A stretch of 64,000 bases of DNA from Andalucia godoyi And28. Lineage: Eukaryota > Protista > Jakobida. Below the pieces are notes generated by a model. The model worked only from the letters and a program-made list of their open reading frames with translations. It ran no database searches and was not told where the DNA came from. Position 1 is the stretch's first letter. Each line of letters begins with the position of its first letter. Positions 30,845-41,227 of this stretch are shown piece after piece. The stretch is from positions 210,786 to 274,785 of the forward strand of contig VRVR01000013.1 of assembly GCA_009859145.1 (NCBI GenBank), written 5' to 3'. Position numbers and translations under genes: made by a program.

Positions 30845-33586
30845 TCATTTCGGATGAGAATGCTCCACTAGAACAGCAAAGAGAGCATTAACGAGTTTCT
30901 TCTCCTCTTCAGCTTCAAAAGCGCCCTCATTTTCTTCCAACCACTGCGGAATCAGCGACTGTGCTTCATCCTTCATTACTTTTAGTGCATCATGACGTTT
31001 TTCACACCAGGCTTCGAACCCAGTTTTACCCACGAACTTCGGGGCCACATCCTTCAGAGACAGGATATTGAATATTCTAAACGTAATGGCAACCACATCC
31101 CGCATCCTGGATGTTTCTGCGCTTACAGATAAGAGAGGCTTCGACTTTTGAGAATCAAATATTTGCATTCGAACAGCACTTGCGGAATCCAAAACAACTG
31201 ACAGGTGGCTTCCGTAGTTTCCTTCGTGAATGGCCCTTCCGGTACCGCCGGATATTCCGTTCGCAGTGACTTCTCCCGAGACCAACCTCCAAGAAGAGAC
31301 ACCCAGAACAAATGTGCATGGTGAGACAGACGCTCGCACCTCACCCGCTGGAGGTTCCAGAATCATGTTAAATGATGCCGAGAAGTGAGATATTCGCTGT
31401 GAAACAGCTGCCCAGAATGCGGCATCAATACGGAGTCGCAACGCTTCTGAATACTGCCACTCTCCTTGAACATTATCGGAGCGAACGGGCAACACTGCAA
31501 TACGGAGATACGACTCAAAATCATCTACAGAAGGATAAAACTCTCGACGAGTCGCCCCGTCGATTGGTTTGAAGTTTCTCAACAACAACGACCTCTGCCA
31601 TTGAATCCGGCTGGCTCCTTCTTTCCCACCGACATATTCTCCTTGCATCACAAGCTTTCCATCCACAAAAATGAAACGAAGCCCATGAATCTTTGGCGGA
31701 GAATCCTTGACTGCATCGGAAACCACCAATTGCGGGGTTCCACGAGTTCCATCTACTCGCATCGGCACAATCTTGCATGCGAGTCGTAAGCCAAGATATG
31801 CAGACTTGACGTGAACGGCTCTGGAATGCGAAAGAAATTTCTTCTGATTTTGAGAATTGACAAGCTGCCATTCAAACAGCGTGTCACCTTCTACGCCTCC
31901 AAAATAATCGTAGACGGGGCAAAGCACATCGCCTTCTATCGCGCGACCAGCAAATCGAACATGATCTATAAATGGTTCGCTTGCAAGCACTGGCAACTCA
32001 GATAAGCAAGCGACGCCAGGAACCGCAGTTCCATCCTTGCCAAGCTGCACCCATGAAGGGCGAAAGCAAAAGGAGACGCGATGACCCACATGATGGGAGA
32101 GCAACCGTATTGTCCATGTATTCTGCACTCCCGCCAGCGCATCCACAATACTTCCGCTTTCATCCTGAATGGACCACTCGGTCGCTCCTGCGAGAGCAAC
32201 AGATCTTCCATCGCGGTACTGCACGGCAGCTTCAACAAACTGTCCTTCAACAAAAGAACCCTGAATCAAAGCAACCAACTCATCCACCGCTGGAAGTGAC
32301 TGCATCGAATTCGAAGATGGAAAAGCAGGAAGTGCATTCCGAGTTGCCCGAATCTTGATGTTTTGCGCCCGGGATGCATAGTAAAGGGTTGATGTCGTCT
32401 CTGAGAGGGTCATCGAGGAGGGAGTCACACAAGCAATCATCACCATTCTTGCATTTCCACCCAATGAATTCTTGAGTAATTTTGTCAATACTGAGTTGCG
32501 ATATTGAACATATTGTCCACGCGACAAGGCGTCGATCGCATTACCAAGAGCGAGAAGACTTGTGTTAATCTTTGCTCGCTCGGACTGACGGATCAAATTC
32601 GCTTCTTCTTCGTAAGACGAACGTTCAGATCCCGCAAGATCAACCAAAACAAGCGTTCCTCGAGTATTCTTCGCGATATTCTCGACAGACACTTGCAAAA
32701 CAGCATGCGAGCGGGAAGAGACCAAGTTATCCTTGGTAGAACGGACAACGCGAGCTCTATGGCCACGCTTCATTATGTCAGCAAAAGCCTCGGGAGCATC
32801 AATGTCTACACGAGATAAGTTCTGTACGTAGAAAGCTCCTTGACTATCCTCCTTGACAGGATACGTGTCCGATGTAGCATTTGGAGAGTTTGTGGAATTC
32901 GCATCTGGGGAAATGAGGTCTGACACCTTTTCAAGGTAGATCTCGAAGAAAGAGACGGACACCGTAGGGCGGCTTTGTTGCATGGATGACCGAATCTGAA
33001 AGATTTGGTCCACCAGCAGATGAAATAAGCCAGGCTCCGCAGTAGAAACGCGACCCATCATTGTATGGGTTTTTCCAGTGCCAGTGGCTCCGTACACAAA
33101 CACGGTGGAGTTGAAACCGTCAAACACAGACTCGATGAGCGCAGTCTGATTAATCCGTTTGAAAATATCCTCATTTGTCGATTTCTGATCAAAAAATCCA
33201 TTATACGTGAATGTCGTGGTGCGCTTTGCGTAGGGGTCAAAACAATGCACTTCACCTCGCGAGGCCTCCCCCTCCGCAAAATCTTCTCCCGCAATGATGT
33301 CGCCCGGATACCGGAGAGCTGAAGCAGAAGAGGGATTTCCCTGAGCATTCGCAGAAGGTCTGGGAGAAGACATGGCTGGCGCAGGCGATGCAACGTCTGA
33401 GTTTCTTCGAGGGGTGGAAGAGGCAGATGAATCTTTAGGAACCGAAAGAGAATTGGACGACGAAGACGAGGACGTCGTCGAGGACGTTTGCGAAGAACCG
33501 GCTGCCCACCGCTTTTCCATGTCATTCTGCGGACGGCACCGCAGAAATACGTGGATTCTTTCTTCCCGTGGTTGGCTTCCGCTCAT
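30845..33586 (-). CDS. Kinesin (kinesin-8-like P-loop) with AIR9-type A9/Ig-like repeats and a PH-like tail
   Basis: YGATGTGKTHTM, SSRSHAV, LVDLAGSER, LTKLLKNSLGGN. Tail has YFGGVEGDTLFEW and YVGGKEGASRIQW...IDGATRREFYPSVDD...LPVRSD, ending SRMRDVVAITFRIF. Confidence 0.9.
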   Translation of the reverse strand: MSGSQPREERIHVFLRCRPQNDMEKRWAAGSSQTSSTTSSSSSSNSLSVPKDSSASSTPRRNSDVASPAPAMSSPRPSANAQGNPSSASALRYPGDIIAGEDFAEGEASRGEVHCFDPYAKRTTTFTYNGFFDQKSTNEDIFKRINQTALIESVFDGFNSTVFVYGATGTGKTHTMMGRVSTAEPGLFHLLVDQIFQIRSSMQQSRPTVSVSFFEIYLEKVSDLISPDANSTNSPNATSDTYPVKEDSQGAFYVQNLSRVDIDAPEAFADIMKRGHRARVVRSTKDNLVSSRSHAVLQVSVENIAKNTRGTLVLVDLAGSERSSYEEEANLIRQSERAKINTSLLALGNAIDALSRGQYVQYRNSVLTKLLKNSLGGNARMVMIACVTPSSMTLSETTSTLYYASRAQNIKIRATRNALPAFPSSNSMQSLPAVDELVALIQGSFVEGQFVEAAVQYRDGRSVALAGATEWSIQDESGSIVDALAGVQNTWTIRLLSHHVGHRVSFCFRPSWVQLGKDGTAVPGVACLSELPVLASEPFIDHVRFAGRAIEGDVLCPVYDYFGGVEGDTLFEWQLVNSQNQKKFLSHSRAVHVKSAYLGLRLACKIVPMRVDGTRGTPQLVVSDAVKDSPPKIHGLRFIFVDGKLVMQGEYVGGKEGASRIQWQRSLLLRNFKPIDGATRREFYPSVDDFESYLRIAVLPVRSDNVQGEWQYSEALRLRIDAAFWAAVSQRISHFSASFNMILEPPAGEVRASVSPCTFVLGVSSWRLVSGEVTANGISGGTGRAIHEGNYGSHLSVVLDSASAVRMQIFDSQKSKPLLSVSAETSRMRDVVAITFRIFNILSLKDVAPKFVGKTGFEAWCEKRHDALKVMKDEAQSLIPQWLEENEGAFEAEEEKKLVNALFAVLVEHSHPK

Positions 33587-33690
33587 CTCACTCTAATCTG
33601 CAAAACACAGTTACCTATAAGCAAGGAGCTTTGGATACGCAAAAACCACATCAAATCAAAAAAAAAAGAAAAAAGAAAAAAAAAAAGGAG

Positions 33691-34052
33691 AAAAATCTCG
33701 AGAACCGTTTCGACTTATTGCGATATGATGAAGCAATCTAAAGCGCACGTAAAACAAAACGACTGCCACGCGCCATGCGCATGCGTTTGCTATCTTGGCA
33801 ACTTCGTCACACGATGCCCGATTCGTTTCGCCCACCATTTTGATCATGAAATCCCTATAAGCACGCCGCCGCGTTGCATTCTCGCACAGCGACGCTCATT
33901 TCTTATTTTTATTTTTGTTTTTATTGTCCATGCAACGCACCATGTCCGTCACGCCCGCAACGCTGCGGCAAGACCCATGACATCTCCACCGCCGCCGGAA
34001 CGATCCGCAGCATCCACACCGGCTCCCATCCGTGGTTAGTGTACAATGTAGG
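33691..34052 (+). mobile_element. Non-autonomous IS607-like element: left end + start of serine-recombinase gene + terminal 25 nt of right end
   Basis: 33701-33941 is homologous to the reverse complement of 59536-59770. From ATG 33942 a frameshifted MSVTPATLR/KTHDISTA..AGTIRSIHTGSH resembles the IS607 TnpA N-terminal HTH. Ends ATCCGTGGTTAGTGTACAATGTAGG like the other copies. Confidence 0.75.
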
Positions 34053-34331
34053 CGACAGAATGCTTGGAAAGAAAGAAAACAAGAAGGAGCACAACGAGAA
34101 AAGAAGTTGATGCATGTATGGTTTTTACAGCGGCCGGGTTCCTGGCGGCTTTTCGCGACTGCACAAACAAATGAGCGATGAGCACCACTGTGACCCGTAA
34201 TACAACATGACAATCTACGTAAATTCTACCATGAGCAGTGAGCTCCACTCCCGCTCGTTCGTACAGCAATACGTCAAGAAAGCGACATTGCAACTTTTAC
34301 GTACAAACAATGCGCATACTCGGAACTGGAA

Positions 34332-35006
34332 TCATTCTCGGACCAGCATTGCATTTTTGATATTTTCCGCCGTATCCACTCCTACTAATCGCCGCACGAT
34401 TTCCAGAGCGAACTCGAGAGAAGTTCCCGGTCCACGGCTTGTGATTAGCTTTCCATCAACGACCACTCGGTGGTCAACGAACTCTTGATTCGGCAGTTTC
34501 GAAGACACAGACGGATGACTTGTCGCCTTTGAATGCTCGCTCAGCAATCCATGATGAGCAAGGACCACAGCAGGCGAAGCACACAAGGCAGCAGTCCAAC
34601 CTCCTCTAGACATGTGGGACTTAAGAAAGGGGACGAACTTTTCAGAATCCCGGAAATTTTCGGCACCTCGAGCGCCCCCTGGCAAGCAAATAATGTCGAA
34701 ATGCTCATCTTCTGCCAAGACGTGATCGAAAGTGGTATCGGCTACAACACGCACGAGCCGACTCATCGTAACGATCCTAGGTTCCAAAAACTTGAAGCTT
34801 GGGTCATGGTCGGTCTTTGGATCAACATGTTTGCAATCCGTCAAAGCTGCGACTGTCACATGCATACCAGCTCTTCGCAGCGTGTCGGCAATGCACGCAA
34901 ACTCTATTTCCTCTGAGCCATGGGCAATTGGAACAAGCGCGCGGACTGCGGACATTCTGCGAACAAACTGCAAACTCGCGAAAAAGGATCTTCTTCTAGT
35001 CTGCAT
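34332..35006 (-). CDS. PARK7: DJ-1/PfpI family protein (DJ-1/YajL-like)
   Basis: GSEEIE, LPGG, AALCASP (catalytic Cys), ITSRGPGT..EFAL; R-rich presequence from ATG 35006. Confidence 0.92.
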   Translation of the reverse strand: MQTRRRSFFASLQFVRRMSAVRALVPIAHGSEEIEFACIADTLRRAGMHVTVAALTDCKHVDPKTDHDPSFKFLEPRIVTMSRLVRVVADTTFDHVLAEDEHFDIICLPGGARGAENFRDSEKFVPFLKSHMSRGGWTAALCASPAVVLAHHGLLSEHSKATSHPSVSSKLPNQEFVDHRVVVDGKLITSRGPGTSLEFALEIVRRLVGVDTAENIKNAMLVRE

Positions 35007-35261
35007 GCCGTTTCTCAAACGGATGCAAATGCAAATGCAGCTTTTTTATTTATTATTTATTTTTTCTTGCAGACAAACCTCACACTGGCAGAAGAAGTGT
35101 AGTACTTGAAGTCCTGTGCGGGGTTGAGCCGCAACGCCTGTTCTAGAATGAAAGCATGAATCCAGCATCAAAGAGAGACGCTACAACAGGGAAGCATTTC
35201 TGCAGTGCTTGGTGTACCGTCAGCATGAGAGATGGCGGTCCGGATATGCATTGCCAAACCT

Positions 35262-36110
35262 TTACTGTCCAACGTACGCAGGTTTCCGTTTTTCTCGGAA
35301 TGCTTGGAGGCCCTCCAGGCGATCTCTGGTTGGAATAACTTGAGCGTAACAGAGCTTTTCGATCTCAAAGCCAGAGTGGATATCTCCCTGCAAACCGACA
35401 TCCACAGCCTGCTTTGCGGCTCTCACAGCGATCGGTCCATTTTGGGCAATCTGGACAGCAATCTCGACTGCCTTTTCAACAACAGGCGACTTGTCCTTGT
35501 CAGCAACGTCCGCTGACACGACGTGATTGGCAATCCCCAGGAGAAAAGACTCGTTTCCCGTAATCCTACGCGCAGTAAACATAAGTTCCTTCGCTTTTGA
35601 CGCACCAATAAGCCGAGGTAGTCGCTGCGTGCCTCCTGCACCCGGGATAATGGCAAGGGACGTTTCCGGAAGGCCAAGAGACGCATTCGACGCAACGATT
35701 CGCATGTCACATGCCAACGCCATTTCAAGGCCACCGCCAAGTGCTGCTCCCTCAATGCAGGCAATTGTAGGAACAGGCAGGCGTTCCATTTCAGCAAACA
35801 GGGCCCTCAAAGAATCCACAAAAGCAGAGACTTCAGGCGGACTCATCGTCGCTCGTTCTTTGAGATCCGCACCGGCACAGAAAACACCCGGAATCTTGGA
35901 AGAGAGAACAACGGCACGCACAGCAGACGCAGGTTGTGAGCGAAGTCCCGCAAGTATTTCTCGCAGCTGAGAAACAAGCGTTCTGCCAAGCGCATTCTTT
36001 GCTTCAGGACGATTCAAAATTACATGTGCCAGCCCATTCTCATGGAGAATCAACTCGCATTCTTTGGACGCAACAGAAGACGCCCGCAAGAAACGCACGC
36101 AACAAAACAT
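35262..36110 (-). CDS. AUH: Methylglutaconyl-CoA hydratase (crotonase fold)
   Basis: LNRPEAKNALG, FCAGADLKER, ALGGGLEMALACD, LPETSLAIIPGAGGTQRLPRLIG, DRLEGLQAFREKRKP; probable ATG at 36110. Confidence 0.92.
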   Translation of the reverse strand: MFCCVRFLRASSVASKECELILHENGLAHVILNRPEAKNALGRTLVSQLREILAGLRSQPASAVRAVVLSSKIPGVFCAGADLKERATMSPPEVSAFVDSLRALFAEMERLPVPTIACIEGAALGGGLEMALACDMRIVASNASLGLPETSLAIIPGAGGTQRLPRLIGASKAKELMFTARRITGNESFLLGIANHVVSADVADKDKSPVVEKAVEIAVQIAQNGPIAVRAAKQAVDVGLQGDIHSGFEIEKLCYAQVIPTRDRLEGLQAFREKRKPAYVGQ

Positions 36111-36646
36111 GAGAATACCGTTCAGGTTTCGAGAATATGATTTCCGAACCGTCGCAATGAAAAGCAAAAACATCCAAAACAACCAGGAAAAAAACTCCCC
36201 TGAAAAACACACGCAAACTTGCAGCAACCTCCTCGGTGCTACTACGACAGGTTCTTAGGATTTCTTCTGGGCAAGTCGTGTGCCACAGAGAAAGATTGGG
36301 GACAGCAAACAAAACAAAGCAAAAAATACACAGCAACAAAAAGATGAGGCAGAGGGCTGAAGGCCAGTAAGCATGCAAGGACTCTCTTGGATGCGTCGCG
36401 ATTCGTGCAAAAAATCAACGTAAGCACAATGGTTGTTTACCTGTCACTGAAATTTACAATAAAGATCGCAAAAAGCAGTTGTCGGAAACAAGGGGATTTG
36501 AAAGGCGTAAAATAAAAGAAGAGGGAGGGGAATCGATGAAGCCTCACTGAAACGAAACTTCACAAGACATCTCTGCTGACCGACTACAAATCAACTGGTC
36601 GACGGAGACATCATACCTGTAAGATAATCCTTAGAGTATGGGAGAC

Positions 36647-39133
36647 CTACGGACCGGCACCGTCTAATTTTGCAAGGACCAGTTTTTTGCCTGCTTCAAG
36701 CAAGCTTTCCACAGAGCAGTCCAGCTTCTGAGACTTCAAGAATCGCAATGACTTCGCTGCAATGGGTTTCCAAAGAGGAGAGGTTTCATAGTGGTGTTGG
36801 AGAAAGGAGTACACAAGAATGGTGGTCCAAATATCAACTGATAAGCCAGAAAATGTGTTGCGAGCGTCCGGAAGAGAGATTCCCATTGCTGGCACATCGC
36901 TGAAATGCCAACTACCGTCGAACCTCTGAAGAGATATCAGGTTACGAAGAACTGCTGCGCTGTTGTCTCCTTCTTGTCGTTTCTGTTCCATCTCAGCATC
37001 ATCCTCAAAGTTTGCTGCCTCTTGAGCTGCGTCATAAGCTGCGTCCCGCTTAGACCCGGCTGTCGAAAATGCAGTACGTGTGTTAGCAGCAAGTAGATCA
37101 ACGGCGCATTTGGAAGGCGCAGCTGGTGCTACAGAAGAGGACCTACGCACCGCAGAGATAATCCGACATCCACCACCAAGCATCCCGCTCGGGCGGCCAA
37201 ATCCTCCCCGACCTCCAGAAGATCGAACGGCGACGCTGCCGGGCTCCTTTCTTCTGACTTCAATTGGGACTTCTCGAAGTTGCATGCCGTTATTGGCATC
37301 AGAAGATTTCCGCTTCTCAACTGCGACGAAGCCAGTAAGTGGACACAATACTGAATATTTCAGAGAAAGGCCAAGCATTTTGTCTTCCTGCCGTTTTTTC
37401 CACGCTTCTGCAGGCTCGGCCTCAGACTGAACACCAGCAAACCGTTGCTGAACCGATCCCGAGGGTTTAGCAGCGAACTTTTGCTCTTGCAGTTCCCTCA
37501 ACAGCGCTCGGCCTGCCAGTTTGGATAAGGGAAATTCAACATCTTCAGCGACATTTCTGCGGATTGCAACCAAAAGCTCTGCGCCTCGGAAAACCCGAGC
37601 CTCTATAACACCGGGTGAGTTTCCAGCATCCACAATTGCATACGCACAAAATCGATCCCCCCGAAATACTGGCGGCACCATTGAAGGGCAAGCCTCAATG
37701 CTGAACTCTTCCGGCGAGTCTGGTAAATTCCACTCAATCCGAAGATCAGCAAAACAGGGCTGCAAAGCTCTGTTCAGCTGATGTGCAACCGGAACATCAA
37801 CGTCCGTATTCGGAGGGATGAACATGGCTTTACCGAAGGTTGTCCGTGCAAGCCCTTTGACCAGAGCACGAGACGGGCTGGAGCCTAGACCAAAAGAGAA
37901 GATGCGATTTTGCTTCGAGGCCTTTCGGCACTCGTCCATCACCTCCGTGACATTAGATATTTCGCCATCGGTGAGCAAGAATATTTGTCGAGACTGTGCT
38001 TGCGGTGGTTGCGAGAACAGCCACAGCAAAGGTTGCAATAATTCCGTGCCTCCCATATTCGCAGAAAGGTTGTCGATCAGCAGCTTTGCTTCCGCTGCTG
38101 ATTCTTCCGAGTATATTCTTGACTGTGGAAATAGCTGAGCATAGGACGACCCAAATCGCACGATGTTGAACCGAAAATTAAGCGGAATGCTTTTCAGAAA
38201 CACCAGCATCGCCTGGCGGGCATAATCGATCTTTCCTTCTTCTTCCATCGATCCGGAGCAGTCAACGACGAACACCAGTTCTGTATCGGCAGCTTCGACC
38301 TGTTTCCCGTCATCCACAGGCGGGACCAAACAGAGCATAGCAACTGTTTCCTTTCCAGGCTGGCACGATTCGACAAACAGCTGCGCTCCAATCCGATTAG
38401 CATTATCTACTTTCATTCTCACATCAACAATAAGATCTCGATCCAAATGGGTCCCCTTGTTGGACAGGGACAGCTGTATTTTCTGTGAAGAGATGATCTC
38501 TGTGGACATTGGGTGCGATGGCGACGATACGGCCGCGACATTTCCCGCCCCATCGACCGTGCAAGAAAACTCAAGCGAGTAAGGGGTCGAAGACACATAC
38601 TGTGCATTCGTGTCTGCAGGGCCAGTGACACCCTTCGCACTTGGGTTATACCGCGGTGCAATAGCGGTGGGCAGCACAAACCGGATACTGTTCGACTCCG
38701 TGTTCACATCCAGTTCACAGGAGTATTCGATTACGATTTTGCACTGTTTCTGCGGCTGCAGCCCGCCAACGCTAACAATGAACATATCGCGAGAGGCATC
38801 GTTCTGCTCCATTAGATATGCCCCGCTTCCACGAGCAAGCGCATCGGAGTATTCTCGTTGAGCCTCTTTCTTTGGCTTCAGCACCGATTCAATCTCACGA
38901 TCATCGACGACTGCCTTGAAAGAATGCACAGCTGCATCTTCCTCAATTGGAAAAACATACACTGCCTCCACAGGTGCTGATTCCGCGTTGGCATAAGTTT
39001 GCGTTGCTGTCACAAACGCGGCACAAGCAGAAATGCGAACAGAAACAGCTACAGATTGAAGCGGGACCTGCTGTTGGTGCTCGAAAGGCTTTACAACTGG
39101 GCTTGTTGTGGGGGGCTTGCAAATCACGAGCAT
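36647..39133 (-). CDS. VIT + vWA domain protein (VWA5A-like)
   Basis: VIT: VEAVYVFPIEEDAAVHSF...SVGGLQP...LPTAIAPRY. vWA: FVVDCSGSM (MIDAS), MGGTELLQPL, FLLTDGEI, FSFGLG. Confidence 0.9.
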   Translation of the reverse strand: MLVICKPPTTSPVVKPFEHQQQVPLQSVAVSVRISACAAFVTATQTYANAESAPVEAVYVFPIEEDAAVHSFKAVVDDREIESVLKPKKEAQREYSDALARGSGAYLMEQNDASRDMFIVSVGGLQPQKQCKIVIEYSCELDVNTESNSIRFVLPTAIAPRYNPSAKGVTGPADTNAQYVSSTPYSLEFSCTVDGAGNVAAVSSPSHPMSTEIISSQKIQLSLSNKGTHLDRDLIVDVRMKVDNANRIGAQLFVESCQPGKETVAMLCLVPPVDDGKQVEAADTELVFVVDCSGSMEEEGKIDYARQAMLVFLKSIPLNFRFNIVRFGSSYAQLFPQSRIYSEESAAEAKLLIDNLSANMGGTELLQPLLWLFSQPPQAQSRQIFLLTDGEISNVTEVMDECRKASKQNRIFSFGLGSSPSRALVKGLARTTFGKAMFIPPNTDVDVPVAHQLNRALQPCFADLRIEWNLPDSPEEFSIEACPSMVPPVFRGDRFCAYAIVDAGNSPGVIEARVFRGAELLVAIRRNVAEDVEFPLSKLAGRALLRELQEQKFAAKPSGSVQQRFAGVQSEAEPAEAWKKRQEDKMLGLSLKYSVLCPLTGFVAVEKRKSSDANNGMQLREVPIEVRRKEPGSVAVRSSGGRGGFGRPSGMLGGGCRIISAVRRSSSVAPAAPSKCAVDLLAANTRTAFSTAGSKRDAAYDAAQEAANFEDDAEMEQKRQEGDNSAAVLRNLISLQRFDGSWHFSDVPAMGISLPDARNTFSGLSVDIWTTILVYSFLQHHYETSPLWKPIAAKSLRFLKSQKLDCSVESLLEAGKKLVLAKLDGAGP

Positions 39134-39454
39134 TTTTGGGATAACTATGCGAACAATAGATACAGACACAAAAGATCTTTGTGACGACGACGATTGCGAT
39201 GTTTGGCAGCTTCCCATACGGGATTCGACGCAAGTTCAAGTATCGAAAAATGGCCGAAGGTCTCTCCTACTTCTAGCATCAATTGAGGATGAACGCTGGT
39301 CAATCATTCAAATTTGAAAATGTGCCAACGACGAAGCGCCGTTTCCTCCTGTCGTGGCCTCCTGGATTCTCGTCTGCGTGAGGATTTTTTTCTTTCCCCC
39401 CCTTTCCTGTTCGCGCGCTTTGACTTTCTGGAATCCAGAGTGTTCGAATCATCA

Positions 39455-40195
39455 ATGTCTACTTCCCAAGACCAAAGAGTGTCTGCCACAGACTACCTGT
39501 ACAAGCATGGCATCCCCTCTCTTCTGGAGGATCTCACCGCCGATCTAGCCCGTACGAAGCCTGCCGACCCTCTTGGGCACCTCATCGCACTTTTGGAAAA
39601 TCGCCGAAATCAAGGCGCTTCTTCAGGTCAGCATACGATTGTGTTTGTTCTAGGAGGTCCGGGATCTGGGAAGGGGACGTTGTGCAGTCGCCTTCTTGAC
39701 GGCACGTTCCGCACGAAATTGGTTCATTTGTCTGCAGGGGACCTGCTCAGAGAAGAGCAGAGTCGGCCCGAGTCTCAGTATGGACAGCTGATTCAGTCTT
39801 ATATTGCAGAAGGCAAAATTGTTCCCAAAGAAGTCACCATTGGTCTGCTGCAGCGACAGATTGAGCAGCGCAAAGAACCATGCACGTTCCTTATTGATGG
39901 ATTCCCGCGCGCCATGGATCAGGCAGTTGCCTTTGAGGATTCTGTGCAAAAATGCAAGTTCGTGCTGTTTCTTGACTGCGACGAGGCTACCATGGAAGCA
40001 AGGTTGCTGAGACGTGGTGAGACTTCTGGACGCATTGACGACAATGCCGAAACCATTCGAAAGAGGTTTCACACGTACGTTGGACAAACCATGCCGGTGA
40101 TCGAATATTTTGAAAGAGATAACCGTGTCCGCAAAGTCTCTGCAACGCAAACCCCCGATCAAGTTTACGCAGCGGTGAAGTCACTTTTTCAGTAA
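39455..40195 (+). CDS. Adenylate/UMP-CMP kinase with N-terminal RIIa/Dpy-30-like dimerisation-docking domain
   Basis: YLYKHGIPSLLEDLTADLARTKPADPLGHL, then VLGGPGSGKGT, HLSAGDLLR, LIDGFPR, GRIDDN. Confidence 0.9.
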   Translation: MSTSQDQRVSATDYLYKHGIPSLLEDLTADLARTKPADPLGHLIALLENRRNQGASSGQHTIVFVLGGPGSGKGTLCSRLLDGTFRTKLVHLSAGDLLREEQSRPESQYGQLIQSYIAEGKIVPKEVTIGLLQRQIEQRKEPCTFLIDGFPRAMDQAVAFEDSVQKCKFVLFLDCDEATMEARLLRRGETSGRIDDNAETIRKRFHTYVGQTMPVIEYFERDNRVRKVSATQTPDQVYAAVKSLFQ

Positions 40196-40453
40196 TGCAT
40201 GCATTGCCGTTGGAACTGCCGGACGCTGGAAAGAAAGAAGGGATGAGACAGACAGACCGACGAAAAGAGAGAGAATGTTTTTTTGAAGTGATGTCTGAAA
40301 CTGCGATTTGCAATGCAGGCGTGTCGTTGCCATAAAAGAAAAAGAAGAACGCTTCAATCAGCATGCCTATATTACAAAATATTCTCCAAACAAAACAAAA
40401 AAACAAAAAACAAAAAACGTTGATGATGAAACAATAGAAAAATCACTGGTTGA

Positions 40454-41227
40454 CTAGAGGCGAAACCGTGCTTGAACTTCGCGCATCCATCGAGACATGT
40501 CCTGTTTGGCATGCACCTCGGATTGGGATTGTGAGCTCAACTCTTTCCAAAACGCTTCTTCTGTAAAGACCTCAGAACCTCGAGGTCGAGGCGCCCATTC
40601 CTCGCCAAGATCCATGACCTGTTCGTACACACCACGGTACCCGACGGGGACACTGGTTCTCGGAGAAGCACGGTGTCCAAACGCACTCGTGACGGCTGTT
40701 GTTGCTGTTGTTGAGGACGACGATGAAGACGATGAAGACAATGGCACTCCACTCGACGTGGGCCCAGCTGCTGCTAGCGGTTGAGGACTGTGAATGCTGC
40801 TGCTGTTGCTGATGCTGTGAAAATTGCCTGTTTGCGGACTTCCGTTGTTATTGTAGCTTCCATCAAAGTCCGAATGCGTAAATAGCGAGCGCAAGGATCC
40901 ACTGGACCGCAGAGAGCCTGCGAAGAAACGAGTCTGGTTTGAATGCGAATGCAACGGCGATCGAAGGCCGCCGTGTTTTCCGGCAATTTGTTTGGATCCA
41001 CCAGCAAATGTCGATTGCACACGAACGTGGACATTAAGATTTGGCGGTTTCCGAGAAGATGATGATACGTGTGGCGGTGGAAGATCCTGGAAATGTACAG
41101 ACGACGACGGCGTCGCAGTCACATTGTCAGAAGGCTTCGCGGCGTCGTTGGAGGGCGGACTCGACTCTCCCATTCGAATGGGCTGCAGCGACAAAGATCT
41201 CCGAACAGGATCGTCGCTTTGCAACAT
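40454..41227 (-). CDS. Hypothetical Ser/Pro-rich low-complexity protein
   Basis: Open frame of about 257 codons from ATG 41227; protein-like C-terminus (EVFTEEAFWKEL..DMSRWMREVQARF); no family recognised. Confidence 0.55.
   Translation of the reverse strand: MLQSDDPVRRSLSLQPIRMGESSPPSNDAAKPSDNVTATPSSSVHFQDLPPPHVSSSSRKPPNLNVHVRVQSTFAGGSKQIAGKHGGLRSPLHSHSNQTRFFAGSLRSSGSLRSLFTHSDFDGSYNNNGSPQTGNFHSISNSSSIHSPQPLAAAGPTSSGVPLSSSSSSSSSTTATTAVTSAFGHRASPRTSVPVGYRGVYEQVMDLGEEWAPRPRGSEVFTEEAFWKELSSQSQSEVHAKQDMSRWMREVQARFRL

Noticed and set aside
33488-34039. ORFs 33488-34039 (+) and 59522-59803 (-) share peptide (FDHEIP..TPPRCILAQRRSF), suggesting a protein family
   Set aside because: The similarity is at DNA level with frame-breaking indels; it is the non-coding left end of the element.
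35067-35080. Short match GCAGACAAACCT to the reverse complement near 59790
   Set aside because: About 12 nt with no extension; expected by chance in 64 kb.
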